From positions 1,550,001-1,614,000 of the forward strand of contig NW_026250403.1 in the NCBI RefSeq assembly GCF_024521635.1: DNA of 64,000 bases, in the 5' to 3' direction. A program made the translations under genes and the position numbers. The DNA comes from Tricharina praecox. Its lineage: Eukaryota. This document shows positions 36,419 to 48,330 of the stretch, in pieces (position 1 is the first letter of the stretch; each line of letters opens with the position of its first letter). The notes under the pieces were generated by a model that was not told the origin of the DNA, searched no databases, and saw nothing but the letters and a program-made list of their open reading frames with translations.

Positions 36419-38170
36419 ATGCGACTCTCAACATGCTCCCTCCTTCTGCGGCGGTCCTTCCAGCCATCACCTGCAACTTCCAGACTCCTGGCAAGATGCC
36501 TACCTCCTCGGTTCCGCAACTACTCCTCACACGCTGATCCGGCACCTCCGATACCCAGAGCGAGCACCATAGACACCACAACTGCGGCACCTCCAGTGTC
36601 CACGAAACCCGATACTACCGGTATCGCCGCTACGGCACCTCCGAAAGTTGAGTCAGACGTAGCGGACACCACCAATGCGTCGCCCGCCAAACAGCCGAAG
36701 GCCGAGGCCGAGGCCGAGCTGCCGCCAGATCATCGCACGATAGCCACAGCGCAACAGCTGCTGACAACAACCCACTACTCACCGGGGTCGCCGCTGTTTC
36801 TTCCGCACGGCACACGCATCTACACCAAGCTTGTGGACTTCCTGCGCTCGCAGTATGCGCTCCACGGCTTCCAGGAGGTGCTGTCGCCGAATATCTACAA
36901 GAAGTCGCTGTGGGAGACATCGGGGCATTGGGAGAACTTCAAGGAGGACATGTTTGAGGTTACTGGGCGCGGGATAGGCGCTGTCAAGGATGAGGGTACG
37001 GTAGAGGGCCATGAAGAGGAATATGGCCTCAAGCCGATGAATTGTCCCGGACACTGCCTCATGTTCAAGGCCTCTGGCGGCGGAAGGAGCTTGCGGGATT
37101 TACCCGTGCGATATGCGGACTTCTCGTCGCTCCATCGGTAGGTTGTGCCGGAGCCCAGGCTCACCGGCTTTTGATATCGCTCATACTACGTGGACTGACC
37201 GCTGCGAAGGAATGAAAACTCCGGCTCGTTGAGCGGTCTCACCCGTGTTCGGAGATTCCACCAGGACGATGGCCATATCTTCTGCCGGCCTATACAAATC
37301 GCGCAAGAGATCTCTGCCACACTCCAGTTCATCGAGACGACGTACAGGGTTTTCCATCTGCCGAAGCCGGAGCTGGTGCTTTCGACCAGGCCAGAGAACT
37401 ATATCGGAGAGCTCGAAGAGTGGGATCGCGCTGAGGCTGCGCTCAAGAAATCACTTGAGGAATCCGGACAGGCATGGACCGTGAACGAAGGAGATGGCGC
37501 ATTCTACGGGCCCAAGATCGACATCATGATCTCGGACTCGGACGGAAAGAAGCACCAAACGGCCACTGTGCAGCTCGACTTCCAGCTCCCCCGGCGCTTC
37601 GAGCTCGAGTACCTTGCACCCGCGCCTGCCAGCGAGCAAAAGGGCATTCTCTCGGAAGACCCCGCCGAGCTGAACGAGTCCGGATTCGTCACGCCCGTCA
37701 TCATCCACCGCGCCGTGATGGGCTCACTCGAGCGCTTCATGGCGCTGCTAATCGAGCACTACAACGGCAAATGGCCGTTCTGGCTCTCCCCGCGCCAGGC
37801 AATCGTCATCCCCGTCGCCATGACCGACGAGATCGTGGCGTATGCGCACAAGACTCTGGCCACCATCTCCGGCGTGGAAAACAAGGACCTTACGCAACCG
37901 CAGTCCATGAGCAAGCGCACCTTCCACGTCGATATCGACACGACCACCAGCTCGCTGTCGAAGAAGATCCGCAAGGCAAAGAATATGCAGTACAACCACA
38001 TCATTGTCGTCGGCGAGAGAGACGTAAAGGCTGGGACGCTTAATGTCAACACCGCCGCACCCGCGAAATACGTCCTGAACAAGGTACAGCAGGCGTCGAA
38101 AACGTCGGCTGATATGACCGCCGAACAGCTGTACGACCACTTCATCAAGCTGGAGGATAGATATGAGTGA
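36419..38170 (+). CDS. MST1: Threonine-tRNA ligase, mitochondrial (Mst1-like, no N-terminal editing domain)
   Basis: Exons 36419-37137 and 37210-38170. Arg/Ser/Leu-rich presequence. Motifs LWETSGHW, LKPMNCPGHC, LHRNE.SGSLSGLTRVRRFHQDDGHIFC, GAFYGPKID, IHRAVMGSLERF, WPFWLSPRQ. Confidence 0.93.
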
Positions 38171-40796
38171 TTTCTCGGTAGCTTGTCCGAGAAAGGGGGG
38201 GAGATCAACCGGCTCCTGTGTGTTTTTTTATGCAGGGCAAATGTATGTACGATAGATATCTAGCAACAAGGAGAAAAGGAGAAAAAACAAGGACCGATCG
38301 ACATGATGTATAGTATTCTAGAAGGATGAGTGAGTGAGTGGGTGTGGCGGTGGCTTGTATGAATTTCGGCGAAGCAGGTCCGAGTCGGGGAGCAGGCTTG
38401 TGTGTGCTGATCCTGATGGATGGCTTAGAAGTTCGAACCCCTTTTAATGGTTCCATCGGACCTTCTAGATTGATTCTATGCGGCATTGAGTGAGAGAGTA
38501 TTGCGGGGGAAAGTATTGACGGCCCGGCCGGTTGAGATGGGTTGTGAGATGGGCAATGTCGGATTTTTGCCCCGGCCCCGGCCCCGGACTCGACCCCGAC
38601 CTCCAATTCACCCTTCCCCATGGAGAATCACAGTTCGTCACTCGTCACTCGGGATAAATCTTGAAACGTGCATAGGATTCTACTACAGGGCGACCGCCTT
38701 CAGGGGGAGGCACGGGCGCTCCGTCAATGGTCATGGCAGATATCTCTCTATACGAGCCGTTGTTAAGGCTGATGATGTTGGACACTGGATTGCCGGCCGG
38801 TCCAAGGCGTGGAATTCAACGTTTGCACGAGATCCGGAGGTTCCATGAACGGTTTGGTTTGGCTTGGTTTGCCTTGCCGGTCGATGTAGTCATAAACATG
38901 AGCACGAGCATGTGAACCCTCAACGGAGGGAGGTGTGATCCTGATAGGTCAAACTGCTAAACCAACCGCGATGATCGTTTTTCACCTAGGGATTCATCTC
39001 CACCGAAACCTCAGCCCGACACGGTGTCACGGTCATCACCGATCACTCACCCCCGCTCCGCCGCCTATCCTTGGAATTCGTTCGTCACTGTCTCAGCACA
39101 ATTTCGCTATGAAGGCTGAAGGTTGAAGGTTGAACTCCGGTTTCGCCGGATCCTGAATTACGGGTGGTACCGATGTTCTAGAGTAGGGGTTCGCCGTGTA
39201 TTCCCGCGTACCGATATGATAGTAGCCTGGGGAGGCTGTGTACGACATAACTACGGGTCTTGCATGGTGGCTTCGGATCTGGCAGGGAGAGGCAAGACGG
39301 GAGGCCTGAGTGTTCACGATGCGATTCTAATAGGTAAGTCTGCTAGAGCAACCATCGTGTCTATGGTACGGCAATTCCGAGACATCCTGCGAGCGAGAAG
39401 AAAGGAAAAAGAAAGATGGGAAGATGGGGGCTACATACCGTCCACACGTACCGGTACCTACATCTTACCTGTCATACATACAAGGTTTTCTGGAAGAATC
39501 CTAGGGAAGGCACAGTATGTATGTGTCTACTGTACATACATAGTGCACGCAATTCTCAAACCTGGGTTTGAGTCTCAGTAAGCTGTTGAATTCATGTCGC
39601 TGACGGCCTTAGCTATGCTGTGAGACATGTGACGGCGAAATTCTCAGTCTCTGTCGGAATCCTGGGTATGGATGTACAGTTGTGTGTATCCCGCTATACG
39701 GGTATATACACCGAGTACACACGACTGTAGCTCCGGTGATTTCGCCGACTCTGCGCCACGAAACGGGCCGACCGGGTTTCGTCAGGATGGAAGAAAGCAA
39801 AGCATGTGCTCCTCGGCTCGGGGTAGTTGTGTAGGGCTAGTTACTGCACGATTTTCCGTTTCTGTAGTGTGCCGCCGTGGATGAAGTCTGGGATTGGGAT
39901 CGCGTATTTGGCGATGTAGAGCAACTGTCGCGTATGTGATGTATGTAGGCATTCAACTTGACTGCAGGTTCGGCGCTCTCGACACATAGATATTGGATGT
40001 GTAGTGACATACCGGTATTCTCTAGATGATGGTTGGTGGTGGTGTGATGCGATGGACTCGATTTGACTGGCTTGACGTTGGCGCCGATTCCCGAGGCGAG
40101 AGTGATGTGTGTGACACCCACAGAGCCTCGCTCGCTCGCACGTTCGTCTATCCGTTCGTTCGCCCATTCACTCGTTCGCTCCCACCTCACCACTCTCCCC
40201 CAACCATCGCCATTGCGGACGTCCCCTCTAGTCTTCTCCGCGACCAATCTGCAGCCGAGGGCTTACTTGACTCGTCCTTGGGGTTACACATGTAATTCCC
40301 AACCTGTCTTGTCCCACGCAAGCTCCAGTCCAGCCCATCCAGCCAGCCCATCCATCCCATCCCAACATCATTTCCCCCCTCGCCATCGCCCGTGTCAGTG
40401 GAGGGGCTGCTTCGACAGCAACCAACAAGCAAGCAAGCGGAACGAAACCTCTATTCCCGTCCACCACCACCACTACCACCGACTACGACTACGACTACCG
40501 CCGCGCACAATTGCCCGTCCCAGACCCCGACCACCCTCCGCGTCACATTCATTTCCCGCCTGAGTACTGCGCCGCGACAAGATCTTCCCGCCCACCGCCT
40601 GAATCCACCACCCCTCCACCACCCCTCCACCCACCCGCCCACCCCGGCTGGCTGGCAGTTCTCGGCTACATTACATACTCCCTGGCTGGTGAGAGGTCGT
40701 GGAGAGAAAGGAAGGAAGGAGGAAGGCAGGAGGAAGGAAGGAAGGTGGGAAGGAAGGAAGAAAGAAAGAAAGGGAATACATATAAAGATCGCAGTC

Positions 40797-41593
40797 ATGG
40801 ACGGGAATCAGCAACTACAGCAGCAGCAGCAGCCGGGTGAAGAGCAGCCTTCAATAGCAGCAGCAGAAGCGGAAGCAGCAGCAGCAAGAGATACTACTGA
40901 TACTGCCGCGCCCTCCACTCCTCCACCGCATACAACATCTACATCTACAACAACACCCCCACTACCACCACCTTCATCGTCACTCGGCGCACCCACCACA
41001 ACCACAGATCCTCCAGCGCAGCACATAGCCGCCTCCGAACCCCCAACCGCCGCCGCCGCAACAGCAGATCCACCAGCGCGACACACCTCCAACGCACCGC
41101 CGTGGTCCTCGGTCTCCCCACCACCCGTCTCGCCCACAACCCAAACACACCAGCCCTCAAGCAGCAGCAAGCGCAAGTGCGACACGCCGCCCGCCTCCTC
41201 CTCGCAGTCTCCCAAAAAGCCGCGGCGCACCTCCAAGCTGCGTAGCGACTCCACCGCCTCAGCAGACGGAATGTCGGAGCGCCCGCGCCTCACCGAGCAG
41301 GAGAAGAAGAGCAACCACATCGCCAGCGAGCAGAAGCGGCGCATGGCGATCCGGGAGGGCTTCGATAGGCTCACGGAAATCGTGCCGGGTCTCGAAGGAC
41401 AAGGGAGGAGCGAGAGTATCGTGCTCAGGAAGTGTTTGTCCCCCCTCTCTACCTACCTACACATTTACGCATACGTGGGATGCTGACGTTAGTGATAGCC
41501 GTGGATCACATGCGTGAAGTTTTGCAGGAGCGGCAGGAACTAATAGAGCGCATTCAGGCGCTAGGTGGGGAGATCCCACCGGATCTTCAGTAG
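40797..41593 (+). CDS. bHLH transcription factor (Ino4-like)
   Basis: Exons 40797-41433 and 41499-41593. RLTEQEKKSNHIASEQKRRMAIREGFDRLTEIVPGLEGQGRSESIVLRKSVDHMRE. Confidence 0.88.
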
Positions 41594-41866
41594 ATTTTGA
41601 CCGGGTGGGAGAGGAGGGAGTTTTGGTGGCTGCGGCGGCGGCGGCGACGGCTAAGGGTGGGTACGGCGTTCTGTCTTGTTATTGCGATTGCTTAATCCAG
41701 GGTTTTCTACCGAGTGGGAGTTTGCTTTTCTGTTTTCCTTTTTGCTGTCTTGTCATGTTGATGTGGAACTTGATGTAACTCTACATCGCATCTTAGAGGG
41801 AGAGTGGGATGATTACGCTGCGACAAGCTGTCAGCCAGTGAAGGAGGAGGAGGAGCCGTTGCATCT

Positions 41867-41919
41867 GGTGGTGGTGGTGGTGGTGGTGGCGGTGGTGGTG
41901 GTGGTGGTTCTGGTGGTGG
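41867..41919. repeat. (GGT)n microsatellite
   Basis: Imperfect GGT run between the convergent bHLH and Maf 3' ends. Confidence 0.85.
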
Positions 41920-42366
41920 ATGATGTGAGCCAGGGATTGTCCTACACCCCTGCACGGTTGGGACACTGTAGATATGGTCATACGAAGTTGTACAGGAATT
42001 GCATTTCCGTCGCTCTGGGTCTTGCGGTTCGGGATGTGATTACTGTTCCTCTGCAAGATGCGGATATGACTTCACATGCGGCAATGACAGATGCTTGTTC
42101 CTGTAGAGTACCGTACGTGAGAAAGTCGGGTAAACGCCACAGCGGCAGTGACATATAGCAGCAGCAGCAGCAGCACAAGGAGAATTAGAGAGTACATGTA
42201 CATACATCCATCCATCGCATACTGGGGAATAGCCAAACAAGCAAACAAACAAACAAGCGAATCAAGCAAACCAAACCGATCTATCGTTTCCATTCCATTC
42301 CATCCGATCCCATCCCATCATCCCAACCCGTAGTCCAATCCAAATGAGCATATATCCCCCCCTCCC

Positions 42367-43319
42367 CTAGAGCACGACCGGCTCACCATCTTCACCAATC
42401 TCGACATCATCATCGCCACTGAGCACCTTCTCGATGAGCCTCAGGGTGGAGCGCACAGGCAGCCCGACAACATTATCGTAGCTGCCCTCGATCTTCTCGA
42501 TCAGTATGCTGCCAGTGCCCTGGATGGCATAGCCACCCGCCTTATCAGCGCCCTCGCGCGTGCGCACATATGACAACAGCAGCTCATCCGTAATCGTCTT
42601 ATCGAAGTAGACGATCGTCTCCTCGACATGATTCTGCATTGCGTAGCCAGGATGCGTCGCGTCCTCGAGCGGCGTCATCGCCACAACCGCCGTGTACACT
42701 TTGTGCGCGCCCGCGTCGCGCAGCGTCTGCAGCATCGCCATGTGGTGAGCTGGGCTCTTGGGCTTCTCGAGGACCTCGCCTGACGCCAGGCAGATCACTG
42801 TGTCGGCCGCGAGAACGAGTGTCGGCTCGTCCACGTCGGTTCGCGCGATCTCGGAGGTGTACACCGCTTGGCACTTCTGCGTCGCCGTCTCTAATACGTA
42901 CTCCCAGGGCGTGTAGTGCGATTTGTCGAGGTTCTCGGCGAACGAGGAGGGCACGATCTCGATGTCCGGGAGGTTCAGCTGCACGGAGGTGGGTTAGTTG
43001 GGGGTGGGCACAGGGGGATGGATGGGGACGGGGGAAGGGGGCGCACGAGTTGTAGGAGTTCTTTGCGACGCGGCGAGGCTGACGCGAGCACGAAGCGCTT
43101 CGTGCGGAGGAGGGTGAGTGCGGGAAGCTCGAGCGGGTGTCGGCGAAGAGGGCTTCCGCTTCCGAGCGGTTGCTTGGAGTCCGGCGACGCGGCGTCTTCG
43201 TATGATGGCGGAGGGTCCACTGGGAGCAGCGAGGCCGATTGTGAGCTGCCGCCCGCGGAGACGATTTGCACGGTTTGCGGCCCGGTGCCGAAGACGGTGT
43301 TGTAGATCCAGGTTGCCAT
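42367..43319 (-). CDS. Maf-family nucleoside triphosphate pyrophosphatase
   Basis: Exons 43319-43047 and 42978-42367. Motifs FVLASASPRRKELL, AADTV, LEKP, DKAGGYAIQG, IEGSYDNVVGLP. Confidence 0.92.
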
Positions 43320-44396
43320 TGTTTACGAATTTGCTGGGTGGTAGACGGTGGTGGAGGTGTGCGTTACGGAATGGTGTCGTGTCGTGTCTGGCCGGCGGCG
43401 TAAGCTGAGCTATGCGAGCGAGCTTTGTTGTTGCTTCTGCCGCAGGCCGGATTACCTATCTGCTGGGATCGATGCTGCAGGGGCACGTCACAGACCAGCA
43501 CTCGTCTCATCGGCTTGGTCTGCTAGTTCCTTCTCATCGGCTTGATTTGGCTCTAACTAACAGGACGTTAACTACCGTTGCACGAGTAGTTGGCTCTCAT
43601 CCGATCAATTCATTCGGGATCTCTCTTCTGCCATCGACAGTCACTCTGGGGACAATCCGTTCGGTATCTCGGAACTCGATCACTTTAACGAGCCCTGACC
43701 TCGTCGTCCCGTCACCGCAAGGACTCGGGGTTCGACCGCAAGCAAGGGTGGAGTTGCATACGGCCGGCACAGATACCCGGCGCCGACTCCATACATGTAT
43801 CCGGAACTCCGATCCTCCACTCGCAAGCTCTTCGTTCTCCCCCGCGCCGGTGCCGAGGCTCTACCACTCTATAGAAATGCAGCTGGTCGTCGGTTGCCAG
43901 GACCGTGGTGCTGCTACTACCTAGATACGAACATTATAAATCAGATGCGGCACTCTCCGCCGAACGGCGGCACTACCGCTCTGTGAATTTCCCAGCGAAG
44001 AAAAGAAGGGCAGGATGTGCGATGCTCGGTGGTGATGTTGGGGCGTCGCCACCTAACTACTTGTCGGTTGGTTGACTCGTATGACGCTGGGGTACCGTGG
44101 GTAGTGTCAGTATGTACTTCGCTGGCACTGGGTATGTTGATGTCCTGCAGAATGTTCCTGCAACATCGAGACTTACAAAGCGGCTTTCCATGCCTCCGCC
44201 ATGCGAATTCTATCCGATACACGCACGGAACCATGCCAGCCAGCCAGCTGCCGAAAGGGATTCCGAGGGTGGTTAACCGGATCACGTCATGAGGTCATCA
44301 GTGGATTTCACATCTTAGCTGTGATGGGGGAGGACTGATCCGCTATATATTCCCCCTCCATTGCCCTCTACGGTTGGCTTTCGTTCCATAATTCAT

Positions 44397-45750
44397 ATGC
44401 AGCGCCTTCAACAGATCCAACAGCAACTTCCTTCATCCTCCACATCTTCCAGTCCAGCAACAATGGTCCACAACAAGTCCCTCATCTTCTGCTCTCTCCC
44501 CAAGGGCTACCCCATCGTGGGTAAGGACCTCCAGATCAAGGAGTCTGAGATCTCCGTCGACTCTCTCCCCGAGGGCGGAATCATCACTAAGAACCTGTAT
44601 GCCTCCCGTCATCTCCTCCCATCCTGCTCCCACAGCAGCTAACATCCCAAACAGCTACATCTCCTTCGACCCCTACCAGCGTGGCCGCATGCGCGATGCC
44701 AGCATCAAGTCCTACTCCGCCGCCTACGACCTTGGCAGCGTCGTCACGAACGGAGGAGTAGCCTCTGTCTACAAGAGCAAGAACGCAGACTTCAAGGAGG
44801 GTGACATCGTCGTCGCCGGCAGCATCGGAACCGAAAAATACTCGGTTGTCACCAAGGAGCAGCTGGCGTACATCCAGAAAATCGATAACAAGTACAACCT
44901 GCCGCTGAGCAACTACACCGGTGCTCTGGGCATGCCCGGATTGACCGCATAGTGAGTGTTCATTCCATGGGATCGAGTGTAGGGACTGTGTCTGATGTGG
45001 TGCTTCTAGCTCTTCCTTCTACCAGATCGGAAAGCCCAAGAAGGGCGAGACCATCTTCATCTCTGCCGCCTCGGGAGCCGTCGGCCAGATCGTCGGCCAG
45101 CTCGCCAAGCACGAGGGGCTCACCGTGATCGGCTCCGTCGGCAGCGACGAGAAGGCCAAGTTCGTCAAGGACGAGCTCAAGTTCGACCATGCCTTCAACT
45201 ACAAGACCACCTCGAACAAGGAGGCGTTGAAGAAGCTTGCTCCTCAGGGAATCGACATCTACTTCGAGAACGTCGGAGGTGAGGCCCTCGAGGCGGCCCT
45301 TGAGGCCGCCAACGACCATGCTCGCTTCATCATGTGCGGTATGATCTCGTACTACAACCTGACCAACCCCGCCGATATGTACCTCCCCAAAAACTTGATG
45401 TACATCGTGGCCAAGAGGATCAAGATGGAAGTATGTTATGGAATCCCTGGAATCTGCTCGATCGCATAGGTGGCTGACAGAGTACCGCAGGGATTCATTG
45501 TCAGTGACAAGGAGTTTGGCCCCAAGTACGCCGCTGAGCACAAGGAGAACGTCAGCAAGTGGATAGCTAGCGGAGAGCTCATCGTCAAGGAGACCATCAC
45601 CGAGGGCGTTGAGAATGCCGCTCAGGGTCTCTTGGATATTTTCCACGGAAAGAACTTTGGAAAGGGTAAGCATTCCACAGGGCACAGACACTTACTACCA
45701 GATAGCTAACAGTCTTCGCAGCGGTTCTCAAGGTGGTTCACGACGAGTAG
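44397..45750 (+). CDS. NADP-dependent alkenal/prostaglandin reductase-like oxidoreductase (MDR superfamily)
   Basis: Exons 44397(or 44463)-44596, 44655-44951, 45010-45430, 45491-45665, 45722-45750. Motifs YISFDPYQRGRM, GALGMPGLTAY, ISAASGAVGQIVGQLAK, GIDIYFENVGG, CGMISYYN, GKNFGK. TATA-like TATATA at about 44344. Confidence 0.93.
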
Positions 45751-46195
45751 ATCAGATAAGGCGGTGTTGGGCGTTTCTCTTTTTTTTTGTATATATGTAT
45801 CGATAGAATACACAGCATCTGGTTAAAAGATTGAATCTGTTTCGTTCATCGCTCTGTTGGCAAAGTGCTACATTCTTACGCAGCATCGCATCCGGTCAAA
45901 AGATGGGATAACCTTCGTCGCTCAGTTCGCAAAACGGTACACTCTCGATCACTCGTATGTCACGTTCTGCAGTGCGACGTCATGTGCTAGCACCGGCAAG
46001 GTTTAACGACTAGAGATTACCAGTCAGAACAAAGGCCGACCAGTGACCGCAGACGCGGGTCGCGGTATGAGCTGTCATGAGCCTGGTTACCTGTAACCAC
46101 AGCTTCATTATTCTCTACATGTACAAAATCACGGCGCATTCCCACAACCTCCACCTCCTCCCCTCATCGCCAAAAACATAAACCAACAACCCGCA

Positions 46196-47706
46196 ATGTC
46201 TTCGCCCTGGTGCTCCTCAAACGGCAGCGACACCTACAGCTCCGACGACGAAGCCCCCAGCAGCAGCAACCCCGCACCCCGCGACGCCGTCCGGCGGCCG
46301 CCGCCCACGCCCTCCACACCGTCCACACCCACCCGCAGCTTACCTTCCAGCACACGTACCAGCACGCGGCGGCGGCGCGCGGATGTAACCTCCACCCGCC
46401 GCATACGCGCACCCACACCCCACCACATACGCCACCCCTCCTCGTCGCGACGGCGCCCGTACCCGCCTTCTTCCGCGGGCGCCGCGCACGCGGCCACAGC
46501 CGTGGGCTCGTTCCTTCTCGACCTTCTCCGCGTGGTCGCGTGGCTGGTGCGGAAGCCGCTGCTGTGGGTGCTGGCTGTATGGCTACTCGTTGGTGTGGTC
46601 ATGGTCGCGTACAGCTCTCTCGTTGGCGCTGCCGTGGGCACGCTGTGTGCTCTTCCCGGAGTGCCGTTCTTTATGACGGAGATATGTGATCAGGGGCAGG
46701 AGGGCATGGCGGGTGCGAAGGGTGGCAGGGCGGGGGAACAGCCGGATTTTCAGACGCTCATGAGGCTCCAGGCGGGGTTCGAGGAGATGGTGGAGGAGTG
46801 CCATGATTTTACGGTTTTTGCGTGGGATCTTAGGCACTCTGAGACCGCGGTGAGGGATTTGACTAGTCTGGTTAAGCCCTCGAGGTTGGCTTGCAAGTGA
46901 GTGCTCTTTTGCGCGGGCGGGCGAGTGCTGGGTTGTTTGTGGGGAAGAGAGGTGGCTGATCGGTGCGAAGGGACGCGCTCTTAGTGAACCTGGAGGAATA
47001 CATCACCGTGGTCTCGGGGGCGGCACGGCAGCTCTCGGCGTACACCGGGCTGGTAACCGGCATGACGGACCGGGTGATCGCGGCGGACACCTTCGCGATC
47101 CGGCACTTCGAGGAGCTAGCAACACTCAAGACCGCGGCGCGGGCCTCGTCCAGCAACGCCTGGCCATGGACGTCCTTCCTCGAGAGCAAGCGGTCCGAGC
47201 TCGAGATCGCGTCCGCCGAGCGGCGGCTGCTACGCATCTACCAGACCACGGTGAACACGACGGAGAACGCGATCCGGCAGCTGATCGTGCACGGCACGAT
47301 CATCATGGAGACGCTGGGCAGCCTCGAGAACGGCCTCAACAAGGTCGAAGACACGGTGCAGCAGGAGCGCGCGGTCATTGGCGAGGCGCAGGAGGAGGTG
47401 CTCGCGCACGTGTGGACGTATCTCGGCGGGAACAAGCGCCAGCTCCAGCGCATGCAGAGCCACCAGTTCCTACTCGAGAATATCAGCGGCTACCGGAAGC
47501 GCGCACTCACGTATCTGCTCAAGACTCTGCTGCATCTCCAGGCTATGGAGGGTGACCTTAAACATATCGCCGAGGTCGTCGGTGAGCCTATGCTCGATGG
47601 CCCTGACGGAAGTATTCCCATCGCTGTGCAGATTGCTACGATCCGAAGGGGCGCAGATAGGCTGGCTGAGGGCGTTAAGAAGACTCATAACAAGAGGGAA
47701 TCGTAA
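46196..47706 (+). CDS. Hypothetical membrane protein: disordered N-terminus, hydrophobic segment, long helical/coiled-coil domain
   Basis: Exons 46196-46896 and 46971-47706 (GTGAGT...GCTGAT...AAG) join in frame. Strong GC-rich coding bias. Hydrophobic stretch LLWVLAVWLLVGVVMVAY. Confidence 0.75.
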
Positions 47707-47904
47707 GCCTCCTCTCCTCCTCCTCCTCCAATCCGATCCGTGCTAAACCCGAGAAGATATAACCAGAAGATCTTGAGTGCGTGGGATACATTTGTCAAAA
47801 CGTCGTGATTTTTTCTTGTCTTGTTTCGCACCTACCTGTCCACTTTGATATGGGATGTGATTTCTAGCGTTACTTTGGTTTACTTTAGGTTACTTTGGGC
47901 TGCT

Positions 47905-47939
47905 GCGGGTTTGCGGGTTTGCGGGTTTGCGGGTTTGCG
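47905..47939. repeat. (GCGGGTTT)4 octamer repeat; G-quadruplex-compatible
   Basis: Four GGG runs separated by 5-nt loops on the + strand. Confidence 0.8.
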
Positions 47940-48330
47940 AGGAGAACTGTTTTTTTATGGGATTTCAAAGAGCTGCGTGATATCGTATGAATATCGATGA
48001 GAATGAAGATTGAAAGCTCAACCAATAAATCCGACCTGACCTGCTCGCCCATCCATCATATGTCTGCCTGCTACTGACAGTCAACCGCCAACTCAATCCC
48101 AAGCTCATGAAAAGAAACAACAGCCCAAGTACATTTTTTCCTCCGAAAATCCCACCATGTTTTGCTAGAAAAAAAAAGAAGAAAAAAGAGAGAAATCCTA
48201 ATCCTCAAGTCAGCTACAAGCAACCACTCGGTAACTAGGAATGATAGCCAGAGTAGAACCGGAGCCATACAACGCAGTAAGTCTATGCAAATAGGCGGTA
48301 GCACAGGTGGTAGTAGGTAGCAATCAAAGC

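Noticed and set aside
40392-40796. Long open frame upstream of the bHLH ATG
   Set aside because: No ATG, and simple-repeat composition (CCA, GGAA) explains the lack of stops; a non-AUG extension is unsupported.
44960-45691. 243-aa antisense ORF, and similar shadow ORFs in 14-3-3, ThrRS and Rrp7
   Set aside because: Antisense shadows of strongly codon-biased genes.
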